Of a stretch of 64,000 nucleotides of DNA, positions 10,141-19,302 are shown in pieces (position 1 is the first letter of the stretch; each line of letters opens with the position of its first letter). Source of the stretch: Minisyncoccia bacterium. GTDB taxonomy: Bacteria > Patescibacteriota > Minisyncoccia > Phycocordibacterales > CAJBRS01. The stretch covers positions 65,904 through 129,903 of the forward strand of contig JBBQRF010000003.1 in assembly GCA_038215155.1 (NCBI GenBank). The letters run 5' to 3'. A program made the translations under genes and the position numbers. The notes beneath the pieces were generated by a model, which did not search any database, was not told the DNA's origin, and worked only from the letters and a program-made list of their open reading frames with translations.

Positions 10141-11949
10141 ATGGATTTAAAACATATCAGAAATTTCTCTATTATCGCGCACATTGACCACGGGAAGTCG
10201 ACGCTTGCCGATAGAATGCTAGAAATTACTCATACAATTGAGAAGAGGAAGATGATGAATCAGGTCTTGGATAATATGGAGCTAGAGCGGGAAAAAGGCA
10301 TCACTATTAAGATGAGGCCGGTCAGAATGGAGTACCAGAATCCCGGAGATGGCCAAGGCTACATTTTAAATCTAATTGACACTCCCGGACACATCGACTT
10401 TTCTTACGAGGTCTCGCGTGCTTTAAAAGCAGTGGAAGGATCGCTACTATTGGTGGATGCTACACAGGGAGTGCAAGCTCAAACTCTTACTACCTTGGGT
10501 ATGGCGCGTAATTCTGGCATCACTATTATTCCAGTTTTATCTAAAGTAGATTCGCCACTTGCTAGAATTAAAGAAGTAAAAGAAGAAGTGTCGCGTCTTC
10601 TAAATTGTACACTGGAAAGTATTTTAGAGACTTCAGGAAAGACAGGAGAAGGAGTAGAAAATCTTTTAGAGGAGATTGTTAAGAGGGTACCTGCACCGAT
10701 TGAAGAAATACCCGATGGTGGTCCGGAAAAAAGTCTTCGTGCTTTGATTTTTGATTTTCAATATTCCAATCACAGAGGGGTAATTGTTTACGTGCGAGTA
10801 TTAGATGGTCAAGTAGCTAAAGGGCAAGAGCTACTATTTCGGGTTGCGGGAGAGAAATTCTTCGCTTTAGAAGTGGGTATTTTTAAACCAGAAGAAGCGC
10901 CGGCCGCCGCTATCGCGGCCGGCGAAATCGGCTACATAGTCACGGGCATTAAGAAACCAGGTATTGCCTCGGTCGGAGACACTGTCACCCTGCTTAAGAA
11001 GCCCTTAGCGGCCTTAGAGGGCTATGAACGCCCGGCGCCAGTAGTATGGGCCTCAATTTACCCAGAAGACGCCGATGACTTTGATTTACTACGCCAGGCT
11101 CTGGCAAGATTGCGCCTCTCCGATTCTTCTTTTTCATATGAAGAAGAAGCCTCAGGATCCTTGGGTCGCGGCTTCCGCTCTGGCTTTCTAGGCCTTCTTC
11201 ACTTAGAAATAATCACCGAAAGATTGAAGCGAGAATTTCGTTTAAAGCTCATTATTGCCACCCCCTCTATCACTTACGATATTAAATATAAAAACGGAAA
11301 GGCCGCCACTATTTACTCACCATCGCTTTTTCCCGAGCAAAATGAAATTGAAAGTATTTTAGAGCCATGGATGCTAATCCAAATTATTTCCCCCTCAGAC
11401 TATCTAGGTAAGATCACTCAACTTTTATATGAACACGAAGCGGAGCTTGAACACACAGAGACTTTCGGCGACAACCGCACTAATTTAATTGTTATGATGC
11501 CCCTACGTGAATTGATGCGGAACTTTTTTGATGAATTGAAGAGCGTTTCGTCGGGTTTTGCTTCGCTTTCATATGAATTTAAGGAAATGAGACCCGCTGA
11601 AGTCGCACGTCTAGATATTCTAGTGGCGGATGATCCCGTGGAAGCTTTTACTCGAGTAGTATCTATGCGCCGGGTCCAGGAAGAAGCGGAAAAAGCCGTA
11701 GAAAAACTTGCCGGGGTCTTGCCTCGTCAGATGTTCACCACTAAGATTCAGGGGCGCGCCATGGGACGTATCCTCGCTTCCCAAACCATTTCCGCGCTAC
11801 GGAAAGACGTGACAGGCTATTTATATGGAGGCGATATTACTCGAAAGATGAAACTCCTGGAAAAACAAAAGAAGGGCAAGAAGAAAATGAAAGAGCGAGG
11901 CAAGGTCAATATCCCTCACGAGACGTTCTTAAAGATGATGAAGAGCTAG
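10141..11949 (+). CDS. lepA: Elongation factor 4
   Basis: IRNFSIIAHIDHGKSTLADR, DTPGHIDF, YGGDITRKMKLLEKQKKGKKKMK. Confidence 0.97.
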   Translation: MDLKHIRNFSIIAHIDHGKSTLADRMLEITHTIEKRKMMNQVLDNMELEREKGITIKMRPVRMEYQNPGDGQGYILNLIDTPGHIDFSYEVSRALKAVEGSLLLVDATQGVQAQTLTTLGMARNSGITIIPVLSKVDSPLARIKEVKEEVSRLLNCTLESILETSGKTGEGVENLLEEIVKRVPAPIEEIPDGGPEKSLRALIFDFQYSNHRGVIVYVRVLDGQVAKGQELLFRVAGEKFFALEVGIFKPEEAPAAAIAAGEIGYIVTGIKKPGIASVGDTVTLLKKPLAALEGYERPAPVVWASIYPEDADDFDLLRQALARLRLSDSSFSYEEEASGSLGRGFRSGFLGLLHLEIITERLKREFRLKLIIATPSITYDIKYKNGKAATIYSPSLFPEQNEIESILEPWMLIQIISPSDYLGKITQLLYEHEAELEHTETFGDNRTNLIVMMPLRELMRNFFDELKSVSSGFASLSYEFKEMRPAEVARLDILVADDPVEAFTRVVSMRRVQEEAEKAVEKLAGVLPRQMFTTKIQGRAMGRILASQTISALRKDVTGYLYGGDITRKMKLLEKQKKGKKKMKERGKVNIPHETFLKMMKS

Positions 11950-11954
11950 GTCCG

Positions 11955-12053
11955 GAAAATCCGGATGCACCCTACAACTTTTAGCGAGGGTAAGACTTGG
12001 CCTAGCGGCCCGGAGCGCCCTCGATGAAAGTTCGTAGGTGCAGGAGGATTTTC
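11955..12053 (+). repeat. Palindromic repeat family A, copy 1
   Basis: GAAAATCC...GGATTTTC ends, long stem, 27-nt core TAAGACTTGGCCTAGCGGCCCGGAGCG shared with 29023 and 31260. Confidence 0.85.
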
Positions 12054-12096
12054 AAGATTACCCCTCTTACGAATTTGTGAGCCATTATGGGCGCAT

Positions 12097-12204
12097 CTAC
12101 TGAAAGGCAGGGAAGTATAGAAGCACCATACTAAGAATGATGATTATGGCCAACACCGTCATCATTACTTGCAGTGCCTTGCGATGTTTAGGATGGAAAA
12201 GCAT
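12097..12204 (-). CDS. Small single-TM protein (35 aa), not in ORF track
   Basis: MLFHPKHRKALQVMMTVLAIIIILSMVLLYFPAFQ: basic N-terminus then hydrophobic helix; -10-like TGATATAAT just upstream. Confidence 0.55.
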   Translation of the reverse strand: MLFHPKHRKALQVMMTVLAIIIILSMVLLYFPAFQ

Positions 12205-12229
12205 AGGAAATAATTATATCATAGGATAA

Positions 12230-12616
12230 ATGCGGCAATTCCAGGAACGTAAAAAAATTAAAAAACGCATCTACTCTAAACCGGTAGTAATAGCTTTAAT
12301 TATTATTTTAGCTCTCTTAATCCAGGCTACCTGGAAGATCTATTTGAAAGAACGTGAAAGCGCGGCAAATTTGGCCAAAACTGAAAACCAATTAAACCTT
12401 TTGAAGAGTCGCAGCAATGTTCTTAGTGAGGATTTGAATAAACTAACCACTAATCAAGGAGTGGAGGGGGAAATTCGCAGTAAATACGAAGTGGCAAAAT
12501 CAGGAGAACAAGTCATTGTCATTGTTGATAAAAACACCGCCACATCGTCGGCTGCTTCTGGTAATATTTTCGAGCGATGGTGGAGACACTTTCTCGATCT
12601 CTTTAAGAAAAAATAG
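12230..12616 (+). CDS. Septum formation initiator (FtsB/DivIC family)
   Basis: TM plus coiled coil, GVEGEIRSKYEVAKSGEQVI motif. Confidence 0.8.
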   Translation: MRQFQERKKIKKRIYSKPVVIALIIILALLIQATWKIYLKERESAANLAKTENQLNLLKSRSNVLSEDLNKLTTNQGVEGEIRSKYEVAKSGEQVIVIVDKNTATSSAASGNIFERWWRHFLDLFKKK

Positions 12617-12686
12617 CGAGATTAGTTTAGTGGCAAAACACGTGCTTCCCAAGCATGAAACGCGAGTTCGATTCTCGCATCTCGCA
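12616..12686 (+). tRNA. tRNA-Gly(CCC)
   Basis: GCGAGAT/ATCTCGC acceptor, CGTGC-TTCCCAA-GCATG anticodon arm, GTTCGATTC. Confidence 0.93.
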
Positions 12687-12690
12687 CAAA

Positions 12691-12960
12691 ATGAAAAAAC
12701 ATCCCATAAAAATTCCGTATTATAAATCCCTTGAGAAATTGGCTGATAATATAGGAAATCTTCGTTATGATTTATTAGTGAAATTTCTTACTTATTTAGC
12801 AGAAAAAATCTATCAGGACGCCCTAAAAGATAAGTCGCGAGGCAGGCCGAAGTTGTCGCAGACTTTAAATAATAGCGCTAAGTATTTAAGATTAAGTAGG
12901 GACGAACTAAAGAGGGCGTGGAGGATATCTAAACCCTACATGAAGAAGGAATTAAAATGA
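12691..12960 (+). CDS. Hypothetical protein
   Basis: MKKHP...SLEKLADNIGNLRYDLL; start moved downstream of the tRNA. Confidence 0.65.
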   Translation: MKKHPIKIPYYKSLEKLADNIGNLRYDLLVKFLTYLAEKIYQDALKDKSRGRPKLSQTLNNSAKYLRLSRDELKRAWRISKPYMKKELK

Positions 12961-13017
12961 GCGAAAATTTAATTTTTCTTTAAGATCTGTTCATACCAGA
13001 TTGTTTAGTATTATGGG

Positions 13018-13479
13018 ATGAAAAAACAATTAAAAAGAGGTTTTACATTAATAGAAATATTAGTTGTGATTGGCATTATTGCTATTTTGGCCGCGGTAGT
13101 CCTAATCGCGATTAACCCTGCGCGCCAATTTAAATTGGCGCGCGACTCCCAGCGTCAGAGCAACGTTACCGCCATTTTAAACGCCGTTGGCCAGGATTTA
13201 GCAGAAAATAGGGGAGTCTTTAGTTGCGGCAGCGCTTCTACTAGTTTGCCGACTGCAGAGGCCGTGATGAAAAGTAGTGGTGGTTTTGACCTTGCTCCTT
13301 GCCTAGTAACCACTTATTTATCTTCCTTGCCATTTGATCCCAGCGCTCCAGGAGCCCATTACAATAGTAATTCGGATTATGATACTGGCTACTCGATCTT
13401 CACTGATAATGATGGCCGAGTGACGGTCAAAGCTCCGTTTACTGAGTTAGCTAATCCGAAAATTTCCGTTACTCGATAA
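13018..13479 (+). CDS. Type IV pilin / pseudopilin
   Basis: Class III signal KRG|FTLIEILVVIGIIAILAAVV, ARDSQR, two Cys. Confidence 0.9.
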   Translation: MKKQLKRGFTLIEILVVIGIIAILAAVVLIAINPARQFKLARDSQRQSNVTAILNAVGQDLAENRGVFSCGSASTSLPTAEAVMKSSGGFDLAPCLVTTYLSSLPFDPSAPGAHYNSNSDYDTGYSIFTDNDGRVTVKAPFTELANPKISVTR

Positions 13480-13483
13480 AATA

Positions 13484-13861
13484 TTAATATGATTGATCGA
13501 CTTCAAAATTATTATACATATTTTCCTCGGCCAGGCGGTTAGTTTCGGGAAGGATAGTCTCATCTTCTACTAAGGGTGCATTTTTATCCCGACTGACAAA
13601 ATTAAAAGATAACGATTCTTCTCCTTTCGTTACTTCATCCGAATAACGAAAGACAAGTCGATCTGCCTCAAAAATATCAAAAAATTCCTCCCAGCCAATA
13701 GATTGCCCATTGTCTATGCCAGGACCGAAATTTATTCTTAATACACCCTTACCACTACTATCTTCCGTGTTACCTCCAATAGCAGGGGTACCACCCCATT
13801 TCAAAACCCAATTTTTAATGATTTCGTGGTCTGTGGTGGCGTGCATGAAATTATCATTCAT
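13484..13861 (-). CDS. Conserved hypothetical protein
   Basis: TTDHEIIKNW..GGTPA...LRINF...IGWEEFFDIFE looks like a conserved small domain. Confidence 0.7.
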   Translation of the reverse strand: MNDNFMHATTDHEIIKNWVLKWGGTPAIGGNTEDSSGKGVLRINFGPGIDNGQSIGWEEFFDIFEADRLVFRYSDEVTKGEESLSFNFVSRDKNAPLVEDETILPETNRLAEENMYNNFEVDQSY

Positions 13862-13923
13862 CTTATACCTAGAGAGACGTTAAATTTGCCTCAATCTTTC
13901 AGGATTTGCTATACTAGAGGCCT

Positions 13924-14157
13924 ATGAAAAACGTATCAATTTACACCACTGACACTTGCACCTATTGCAAGATGGCAAAAGCTTTATTTAATGAACACAA
14001 TATTCCATTTAAGGAATTCAATGTAGGTACCGATTTAGAGAAAAGGCAGGAAATGATTGATAAAAGTGGTCAGCTTGGAGTACCCGTCATTGTAGTGGAC
14101 GATGAAGTAATGGTAGGTTTTGACGCGGATACTTTAAAGCAAACTCTAGGAGTCTAA
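13924..14157 (+). CDS. Glutaredoxin / NrdH-redoxin
   Basis: CTYC active site, SGQLGVPVI, VGFD. Confidence 0.92.
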   Translation: MKNVSIYTTDTCTYCKMAKALFNEHNIPFKEFNVGTDLEKRQEMIDKSGQLGVPVIVVDDEVMVGFDADTLKQTLGV

Positions 14158-14170
14158 TCGTCTAACTTCG

Positions 14171-14242
14171 GCCCTCGTAGTTCAATGGATAGAACAGATC
14201 CGTCCTAAGGATTAGATGTCAGTTCGATTCTGGCCGAGGGCA
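14171..14242 (+). tRNA. tRNA-Arg(CCT)
   Basis: GCCCTCG/CGAGGGC acceptor, GATCC-GTCCTAA-GGATT, GTTCGATTC. Confidence 0.92.
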
Positions 14243-14248
14243 CCTCAT

Positions 14249-15097
14249 ATGATTTTAATTACTAAACCCTCAAAGGATTACGAACTTCTTGATAGTGGGG
14301 AAGGAGAAAAGCTGGAACGATATGGCCAAGTTATTTTGCGACGACCGGATCCGCAGGCACTGTGGCCAAAAAAAATGGATGAAAAGGAGTGGGGGAAAGC
14401 CACCGCCACTTTTAGCGGCGGCGGCCGCGAAAAAGGAAGCTGGAAATTTGCCGAAAAAATACCTGAAGGTTGGCCTATTAAATTAGGTGATTTAAAATTC
14501 TTAATTAAACCAACCCCTTTTAAACACACTGGCCTTTTTCCTGAACAACTTGCTAATTGGCAGTGGATTGAAAAACAAGAAGCCACCTCAGTCCTAAATC
14601 TTTTTGGCTACACTGGCGGCGCCACCTTGGCAGCCGCCAAAGGTGGCGCTACCGTAATTCATTTGGATGGCTCACGTTCAGCTATTAATTGGGCTAAACA
14701 GAATGCCGAAATATCTGGATTAAAAGCGGCGCCTATTCGTTGGATTTTAGACGACGCTCGAAAATTTCTAAAACGCGAAATAAAGAGGGGTAATAAGTAT
14801 GAAGGTATTATTATGGACCCTCCCGCTTTTGGTCATGGCCCAAATAAAGAAGTATGGAAAATAGAAGAACATTTTTTAGATCTACTACAACATTCTTTCC
14901 AAGTTTTATCTGACCAGCCACTTTTCTTTTTAATTAATGGTTACGCTTCCGGCTATTCAGCTCTGGCTTATGAAAACAATTTGCTACCTCTCGTGTCTAA
15001 ATTTGGTGGAAATATTGAAAGTGGGGAATTAACTATTGAAGAGCAGGGAAGTGGCCGGCTATTACCGTGCGGAATTTTCGCAAGGTGGAAAAAGTAG
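14249..15097 (+). CDS. Class I SAM-dependent methyltransferase (RlmI/RlmK-like)
   Basis: DYELLDSG..EKLERYG, VLNLFGYTGG, IIMDPPAFG; start moved past the tRNA. Confidence 0.88.
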   Translation: MILITKPSKDYELLDSGEGEKLERYGQVILRRPDPQALWPKKMDEKEWGKATATFSGGGREKGSWKFAEKIPEGWPIKLGDLKFLIKPTPFKHTGLFPEQLANWQWIEKQEATSVLNLFGYTGGATLAAAKGGATVIHLDGSRSAINWAKQNAEISGLKAAPIRWILDDARKFLKREIKRGNKYEGIIMDPPAFGHGPNKEVWKIEEHFLDLLQHSFQVLSDQPLFFLINGYASGYSALAYENNLLPLVSKFGGNIESGELTIEEQGSGRLLPCGIFARWKK

Positions 15098-15222
15098 CGA
15101 TAGAGGCGGAAAATATTTCACAAAGTCGGATCTTCGATGCTAAGGCTTCGTGCCACAGAATTGCTAAAGCAATCACCCATACAGCACCAATAAAACAGTC
15201 CCCAAAACGGGGACTATTTTAT

Positions 15223-15298
15223 TGGTGCTGGGGGGCGGGCTCGAACCGCCGACCCCTTGCTCTTCAGGCAAATGCTCTACCAACTGAGCTACCCCAGC
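15223..15298 (-). tRNA. tRNA-Phe(GAA)
   Basis: GCTGGGG/CCCCAGC-ACCA, anticodon loop CTGAAGA. Confidence 0.95.
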
Positions 15299-15556
15299 TT
15301 ATGGTTTATTAAAAAAGGAGCTGAAGCTACTCGGGAATGAATGGCCAGTGATTAACTGATAGGTGTGGGTCAAACTGTCTAAAACTGGCTTAAAATAATA
15401 ATAAAACCCAATTGTAGCCCCAATCACTATAACCCATTTAATCATCGAAAACCAGAAAGCCACCTGGCTCCGCCGCTCTAGTCGTCGAAGCCTTCGGCTA
15501 TTATCTTCCAAGAGGCGATTATTTTCTTCTAAAAGGATGTGAAATTTTGGATCCAT
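15299..15556 (-). CDS. Small coiled-coil plus TM hypothetical protein
   Basis: LLEENNRLL...FWFSMIKWVIVIG; coupled to the Hsp20 stop. Confidence 0.7.
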   Translation of the reverse strand: MDPKFHILLEENNRLLEDNSRRLRRLERRSQVAFWFSMIKWVIVIGATIGFYYYFKPVLDSLTHTYQLITGHSFPSSFSSFFNKP

Positions 15557-16044
15557 TAGGATGCACGAACTCGAAGCTTAGTTTGCCTTTCTTTATCTAT
15601 CTTCGGTAATTTAATAATTAATAGTCCCTGGGTTTCAATAGCCTCAGCTCCCTCAATCTCAATTTCGTGGGGTAGAAGTACTGTCCGAGAGAATGCTCCC
15701 CAGTATAATTCTTTGTGAAAATAATCTTGCTCGGAAATTCCAGCTTCTTCATTTCGTCGGCCTTTAACTGTAACCATGTCGCGAGTGATAGAAATATCTA
15801 AATCTTCTCTTTTAACTCCTGCAACCATGGTTTTAATAATTATTTCTCGGGCCGTCTGATAAACATCCACGGCTAACTCTCCTTCGCCTGTATCTTCCTC
15901 TAACCAATTACTGGTAGCCTTCTCTCTGTTAGAAGTGATAGGCGGGTTAAAGCCGCGCTCTGGTGGAGCGGGTGTTTCCTCTTCATAATCGTCCACATTA
16001 ATACTGCCTGTCAGTCTTTCAAAAAATGATTTTTTTTCTTTCAT
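15556..16044 (-). CDS. Hsp20/alpha-crystallin small heat-shock protein
   Basis: LAVDVYQT...AGVKREDLDI...ELYWGAFSRTVLLP...GLLIIKLPK. Confidence 0.92.
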   Translation of the reverse strand: MKEKKSFFERLTGSINVDDYEEETPAPPERGFNPPITSNREKATSNWLEEDTGEGELAVDVYQTAREIIIKTMVAGVKREDLDISITRDMVTVKGRRNEEAGISEQDYFHKELYWGAFSRTVLLPHEIEIEGAEAIETQGLLIIKLPKIDKERQTKLRVRAS

Positions 16045-16049
16045 ATAAT

Positions 16050-16817
16050 TTACTCTTTAGAAGATTTTAATTGTTTGATTTTCTCTAAGACTAAAATAAG
16101 TGCGATGATTCCCAGCCAGACAATTCCGAAGATTATTAACAAGCCTTGTCCTGCTTTAATTATAAAAAAATTGAAGAGAGCATGCAAGCCAATGGCCAAT
16201 ATGATACCGACTATTAAATAGAGCTTTTTTTGCCACCTCGGTTTGTAAAAACTGAAAGCAATAGAGATACCAATTATGGCGGAGCTAGTGATGTGGAGGA
16301 GGTTAGCACCAATAAAACGTAAATTTCCCGTGACCACACTGCCGACGATATTATTTTGAAGAAGGGGGGTGTTGAGGAAGAAGGTGTTTTCAAGCGCCGC
16401 GAACCCTAGCGCGGCGCTGATTAAATAAATAACGGCATCAATCGGTTCGTCGTTGTACCTGGTATTAAGGCAGCTTATGTAGGCCGCACCATATTTAAAT
16501 AACTCTTCCACTGTGGCAAATAACAAGAAAGTTACGAGAGAAGCCTCGCCGACAGTCATTTGAATGACTCGCTCTAGCCCCACTGCCACAATAACGGCAA
16601 TCATCCCAGCTCCAAATGAACGCAGGATGATTTTCTTTGGCTCAGGGTGAAGACGGTCTTCTTGAATCCAAAAATAAAGCCAGACTAAAGAAGGAACGAT
16701 TCCACCAAGGACGGCCCATAAGGCGGTGGCAGGATGTTGAATGATAAAAACTAGGGCAGCGGCAATAATTACCAAGGGATAAAGCAAGAAAGATAGAATT
16801 GTAATTATAGTACTCAT
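16050..16817 (-). CDS. PrsW-family intramembrane metalloprotease
   Basis: EELFK, LGFAALEN, LLH, LHALFN motifs. Confidence 0.9.
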   Translation of the reverse strand: MSTIITILSFLLYPLVIIAAALVFIIQHPATALWAVLGGIVPSLVWLYFWIQEDRLHPEPKKIILRSFGAGMIAVIVAVGLERVIQMTVGEASLVTFLLFATVEELFKYGAAYISCLNTRYNDEPIDAVIYLISAALGFAALENTFFLNTPLLQNNIVGSVVTGNLRFIGANLLHITSSAIIGISIAFSFYKPRWQKKLYLIVGIILAIGLHALFNFFIIKAGQGLLIIFGIVWLGIIALILVLEKIKQLKSSKE

Positions 16818-18874
16818 AACTTAGGCCAATTAGCCACCATTAATATTTGAGAATCACGGTCCGGCAAAAGTGACCAGATTTCCTCAGTGATAAAAGGCAT
16901 GAATGGATGAAGCAGCTTTAATATAGTAGTTAAGGTTAAACCTAATAGCTCCTTATTTTCCTCCGAATTTTCTTTCTTGGATTCTTCAATGAAGTGGTCA
17001 GCAAAATCATGCCAAATAAAATCGTAAAGAGAATGGGCAGCATTGCCAAATTGGTAGGTCTCGATATTTTTAGAGACTTCCCCAACAGTATTATGAAGTT
17101 TAGCCAGGAATGTTTGATTGACTGGCTCTGTGGCGGAAAAATTTTCTAGATTAGCTGAGAAAATTTTTCCATCTGTTTTATCTAAAACAAACCTACTTAT
17201 ATTCCAAAGTTTATTAGAGAACTTTTTCCCCATATTAATAGCATCTTCACTGAATCGGATTTCTTGTCCTCCAAACTCCTGAAAGATTATGCCAAAACGG
17301 GTAGCATCCGCGCCATATTTTTCAATAAACTCTAAAGGATCAAGACCAGTGCCGAGAGACTTACTCATTCTTTTGCCGTCTTTAGTCAAAATAGTGGCGT
17401 GAATCAGAACATCTTTGAATGGAACCTCACCAGTGAACTCTAATCCCGAAAAAATCATTCGGGAAATCCACTGATGTAAAATGTCGCGAGCCGAGGTAAT
17501 AAAATTAGTTGGATAGAAGTTTGCCAGATCCGGTGCAACACCAGAGGGCCACCCCAGGGTGGCAAATGGCCATAGGGCTGAAGAAAACCAAGTATCAAAA
17601 GTATCTTCACTTTCCGCTAGAGGAATTTTGTGTCCCCACCAGATTTGTCGGGAAATACACCAATCCTTTATATTACGAAGCCAATCGAGCGAAATTTCTT
17701 TCCAACGCTCTGGGTAATAGTTAACTTCGCCAGCCTCAATAGCGGCAATAGCTTTTTCTGCCAGTGGTTTCATATTCAGGAACCACTGTTTAGAAAGCAT
17801 GGGTTCAATAGTGGAACCACAACGATAGCATTTAGCCACGTTGTGAGTAAATTCCTCTTCTTTTTCAATTAGATTAAGGGTGCGAAGACTCTCTAAGATT
17901 TTCTCACGAGCGGCGGCGATTTTCAGACCATCAAAATCGTCGCCGCTATTAATAATTTTCCCAACCTCATTGATAACCTTAAGGTAGGGGAGCTGATGTT
18001 CTTCAGCCAGACGACTGTCAAACATGTCGTGGGCAGGAGTAACTTTTACTGCGCCCGTGCCAAAATCTTTTTCTATTTGCCTGTCTGAGATGATCGGAAT
18101 TTTCCTATTCACTATTGGTAAAATAATATTTTTGCCGATTAGCTCTAAATACCTTTCATCAGTTGGATTAACAGCAACCGCACTATCTCCCAACATAGTT
18201 TCTGGTCGGGTAGTAGCAATAGTTATAAAATTTTTAGAATCTTCAATAGGATATTTTATAAACCAGAGTTTCCCTTTCTCTTCTTCATATTCAAGCTCGA
18301 GATCGGAAAGTGCTGTTTGGTCTTTAATACACCAATTAATAACTCGTTCACCCTGATAGATTAATCCCTTTTTGTAATATTGCTGGAAGGCGCTCTTGAC
18401 TGCCTCCTGATATTTTTCATCCATCGTAAATCGTAGACGCGACCAATCTAGTGAGGCGCCTAATGCTCGCATCTGCTCTAAGATTGTATTGCCATACTTA
18501 TCCTTCCATTCCCATATTTTTTCTAGAAACTTTTCCTTACCTAAGTCGTGGCGAGTAATATTCTCTTTCTTAAGACTTTTTTCCACCACATTTTGAGTAG
18601 CGATGCCAGCATGATCTGTGCCAGGAAGCCACAGAGTTTTGAATCCACGCATCCGGTGGTAACGAATTAAAATATCAGAAATAGTATTTTCCAAGGCATG
18701 ACCCATATGAAGCGAGCCGGTAATATTCGGGGGAGCAATCATAATTGTGTATGGCGTGGCTCGAGCCCCGGGTAAATTGTCGGGATTAAAAAAACCGCTC
18801 GCTTCCCATGCTTGGTAGACGCGAGACTCTGTTTCCTTAGGATTGTATGGCTTTAGTAATTTCTCAGGGATCAT
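16814..18874 (-). CDS. valS: Valyl-tRNA synthetase (short form without C-terminal coiled coil)
   Basis: PPNITGSLHMGHA, DHAGIATQ, DWCISRQIWWGH, RMSKS. Confidence 0.95.
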   Translation of the reverse strand: MIPEKLLKPYNPKETESRVYQAWEASGFFNPDNLPGARATPYTIMIAPPNITGSLHMGHALENTISDILIRYHRMRGFKTLWLPGTDHAGIATQNVVEKSLKKENITRHDLGKEKFLEKIWEWKDKYGNTILEQMRALGASLDWSRLRFTMDEKYQEAVKSAFQQYYKKGLIYQGERVINWCIKDQTALSDLELEYEEEKGKLWFIKYPIEDSKNFITIATTRPETMLGDSAVAVNPTDERYLELIGKNIILPIVNRKIPIISDRQIEKDFGTGAVKVTPAHDMFDSRLAEEHQLPYLKVINEVGKIINSGDDFDGLKIAAAREKILESLRTLNLIEKEEEFTHNVAKCYRCGSTIEPMLSKQWFLNMKPLAEKAIAAIEAGEVNYYPERWKEISLDWLRNIKDWCISRQIWWGHKIPLAESEDTFDTWFSSALWPFATLGWPSGVAPDLANFYPTNFITSARDILHQWISRMIFSGLEFTGEVPFKDVLIHATILTKDGKRMSKSLGTGLDPLEFIEKYGADATRFGIIFQEFGGQEIRFSEDAINMGKKFSNKLWNISRFVLDKTDGKIFSANLENFSATEPVNQTFLAKLHNTVGEVSKNIETYQFGNAAHSLYDFIWHDFADHFIEESKKENSEENKELLGLTLTTILKLLHPFMPFITEEIWSLLPDRDSQILMVANWPKL

Positions 18875-18934
18875 TAAAAAGGCTGAAAATATTAAGTTAG
18901 ATAAATTTTAGCAAAAATGCTGAGTTTTAGGAAT

Positions 18935-18974
18935 AAAAAGAAAAAGCGCCGCTCTCTATTGAAAGTGGCACTTT
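18935..18974 (-). terminator. Intrinsic terminator ending the 19264-18935 transcript
   Basis: Minus strand AAGTGCCACTTTC-AATA-GAGAGCGGCGCTT followed by TTTCTTTTT. Confidence 0.7.
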
Positions 18975-19264
18975 TGATACTTAAGAACAAAATTTGATCC
19001 TCGGTTACCTGGGAACTCGGTCGAAACGTTTTCCAACGTCTCTTTTACCGAGCCCCAGGAGGCCGAGAAGATTTACCCGCGCCGCCTAGGGGCTTGGTCG
19101 TAGGCGGCGGCGCGGGCGTTCGAGCAGGCAGCGAGGGAGGACGCGGTAGGGACGTCCGGCACTAGACCGTAGTATCACGAACGGTTGTCGATGCCATATG
19201 CCGCCTGCAAACTTGGCTCGAAATTAGCCCTCGATGAGCAAATTCGGCCACTAATTGTGTAGCT
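18935..19264 (-). ncRNA. Candidate structured ncRNA of about 330 nt, family unknown
   Basis: Own promoter and terminator; three GC-rich helical domains; GGAA tetraloop and G-U pairs favour the minus strand; no ORF of 60 aa or more. Confidence 0.6.
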
Positions 19265-19270
19265 TTCGAC

Positions 19271-19298
19271 AGTATAGCACACCACACCAAATAGTCAA
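19271..19298 (-). promoter_or_regulatory. Sigma70-type promoter
   Basis: TTGACT-16 nt-TATACT with extended -10 TG. Confidence 0.7.
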
Positions 19299-19302
19299 GG
19301 CC

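Noticed and set aside
16814-18874. ValS, IF2 and DnaX truncations as pseudogenes
   Set aside because: Catalytic motifs are intact and no remnant domains follow; consistent with streamlined CPR forms.
18935-19264. T-box riboswitch for valS
   Set aside because: No T-box antiterminator consensus or AGGA/specifier stem seen, and valS has a separate -10 after the terminator.
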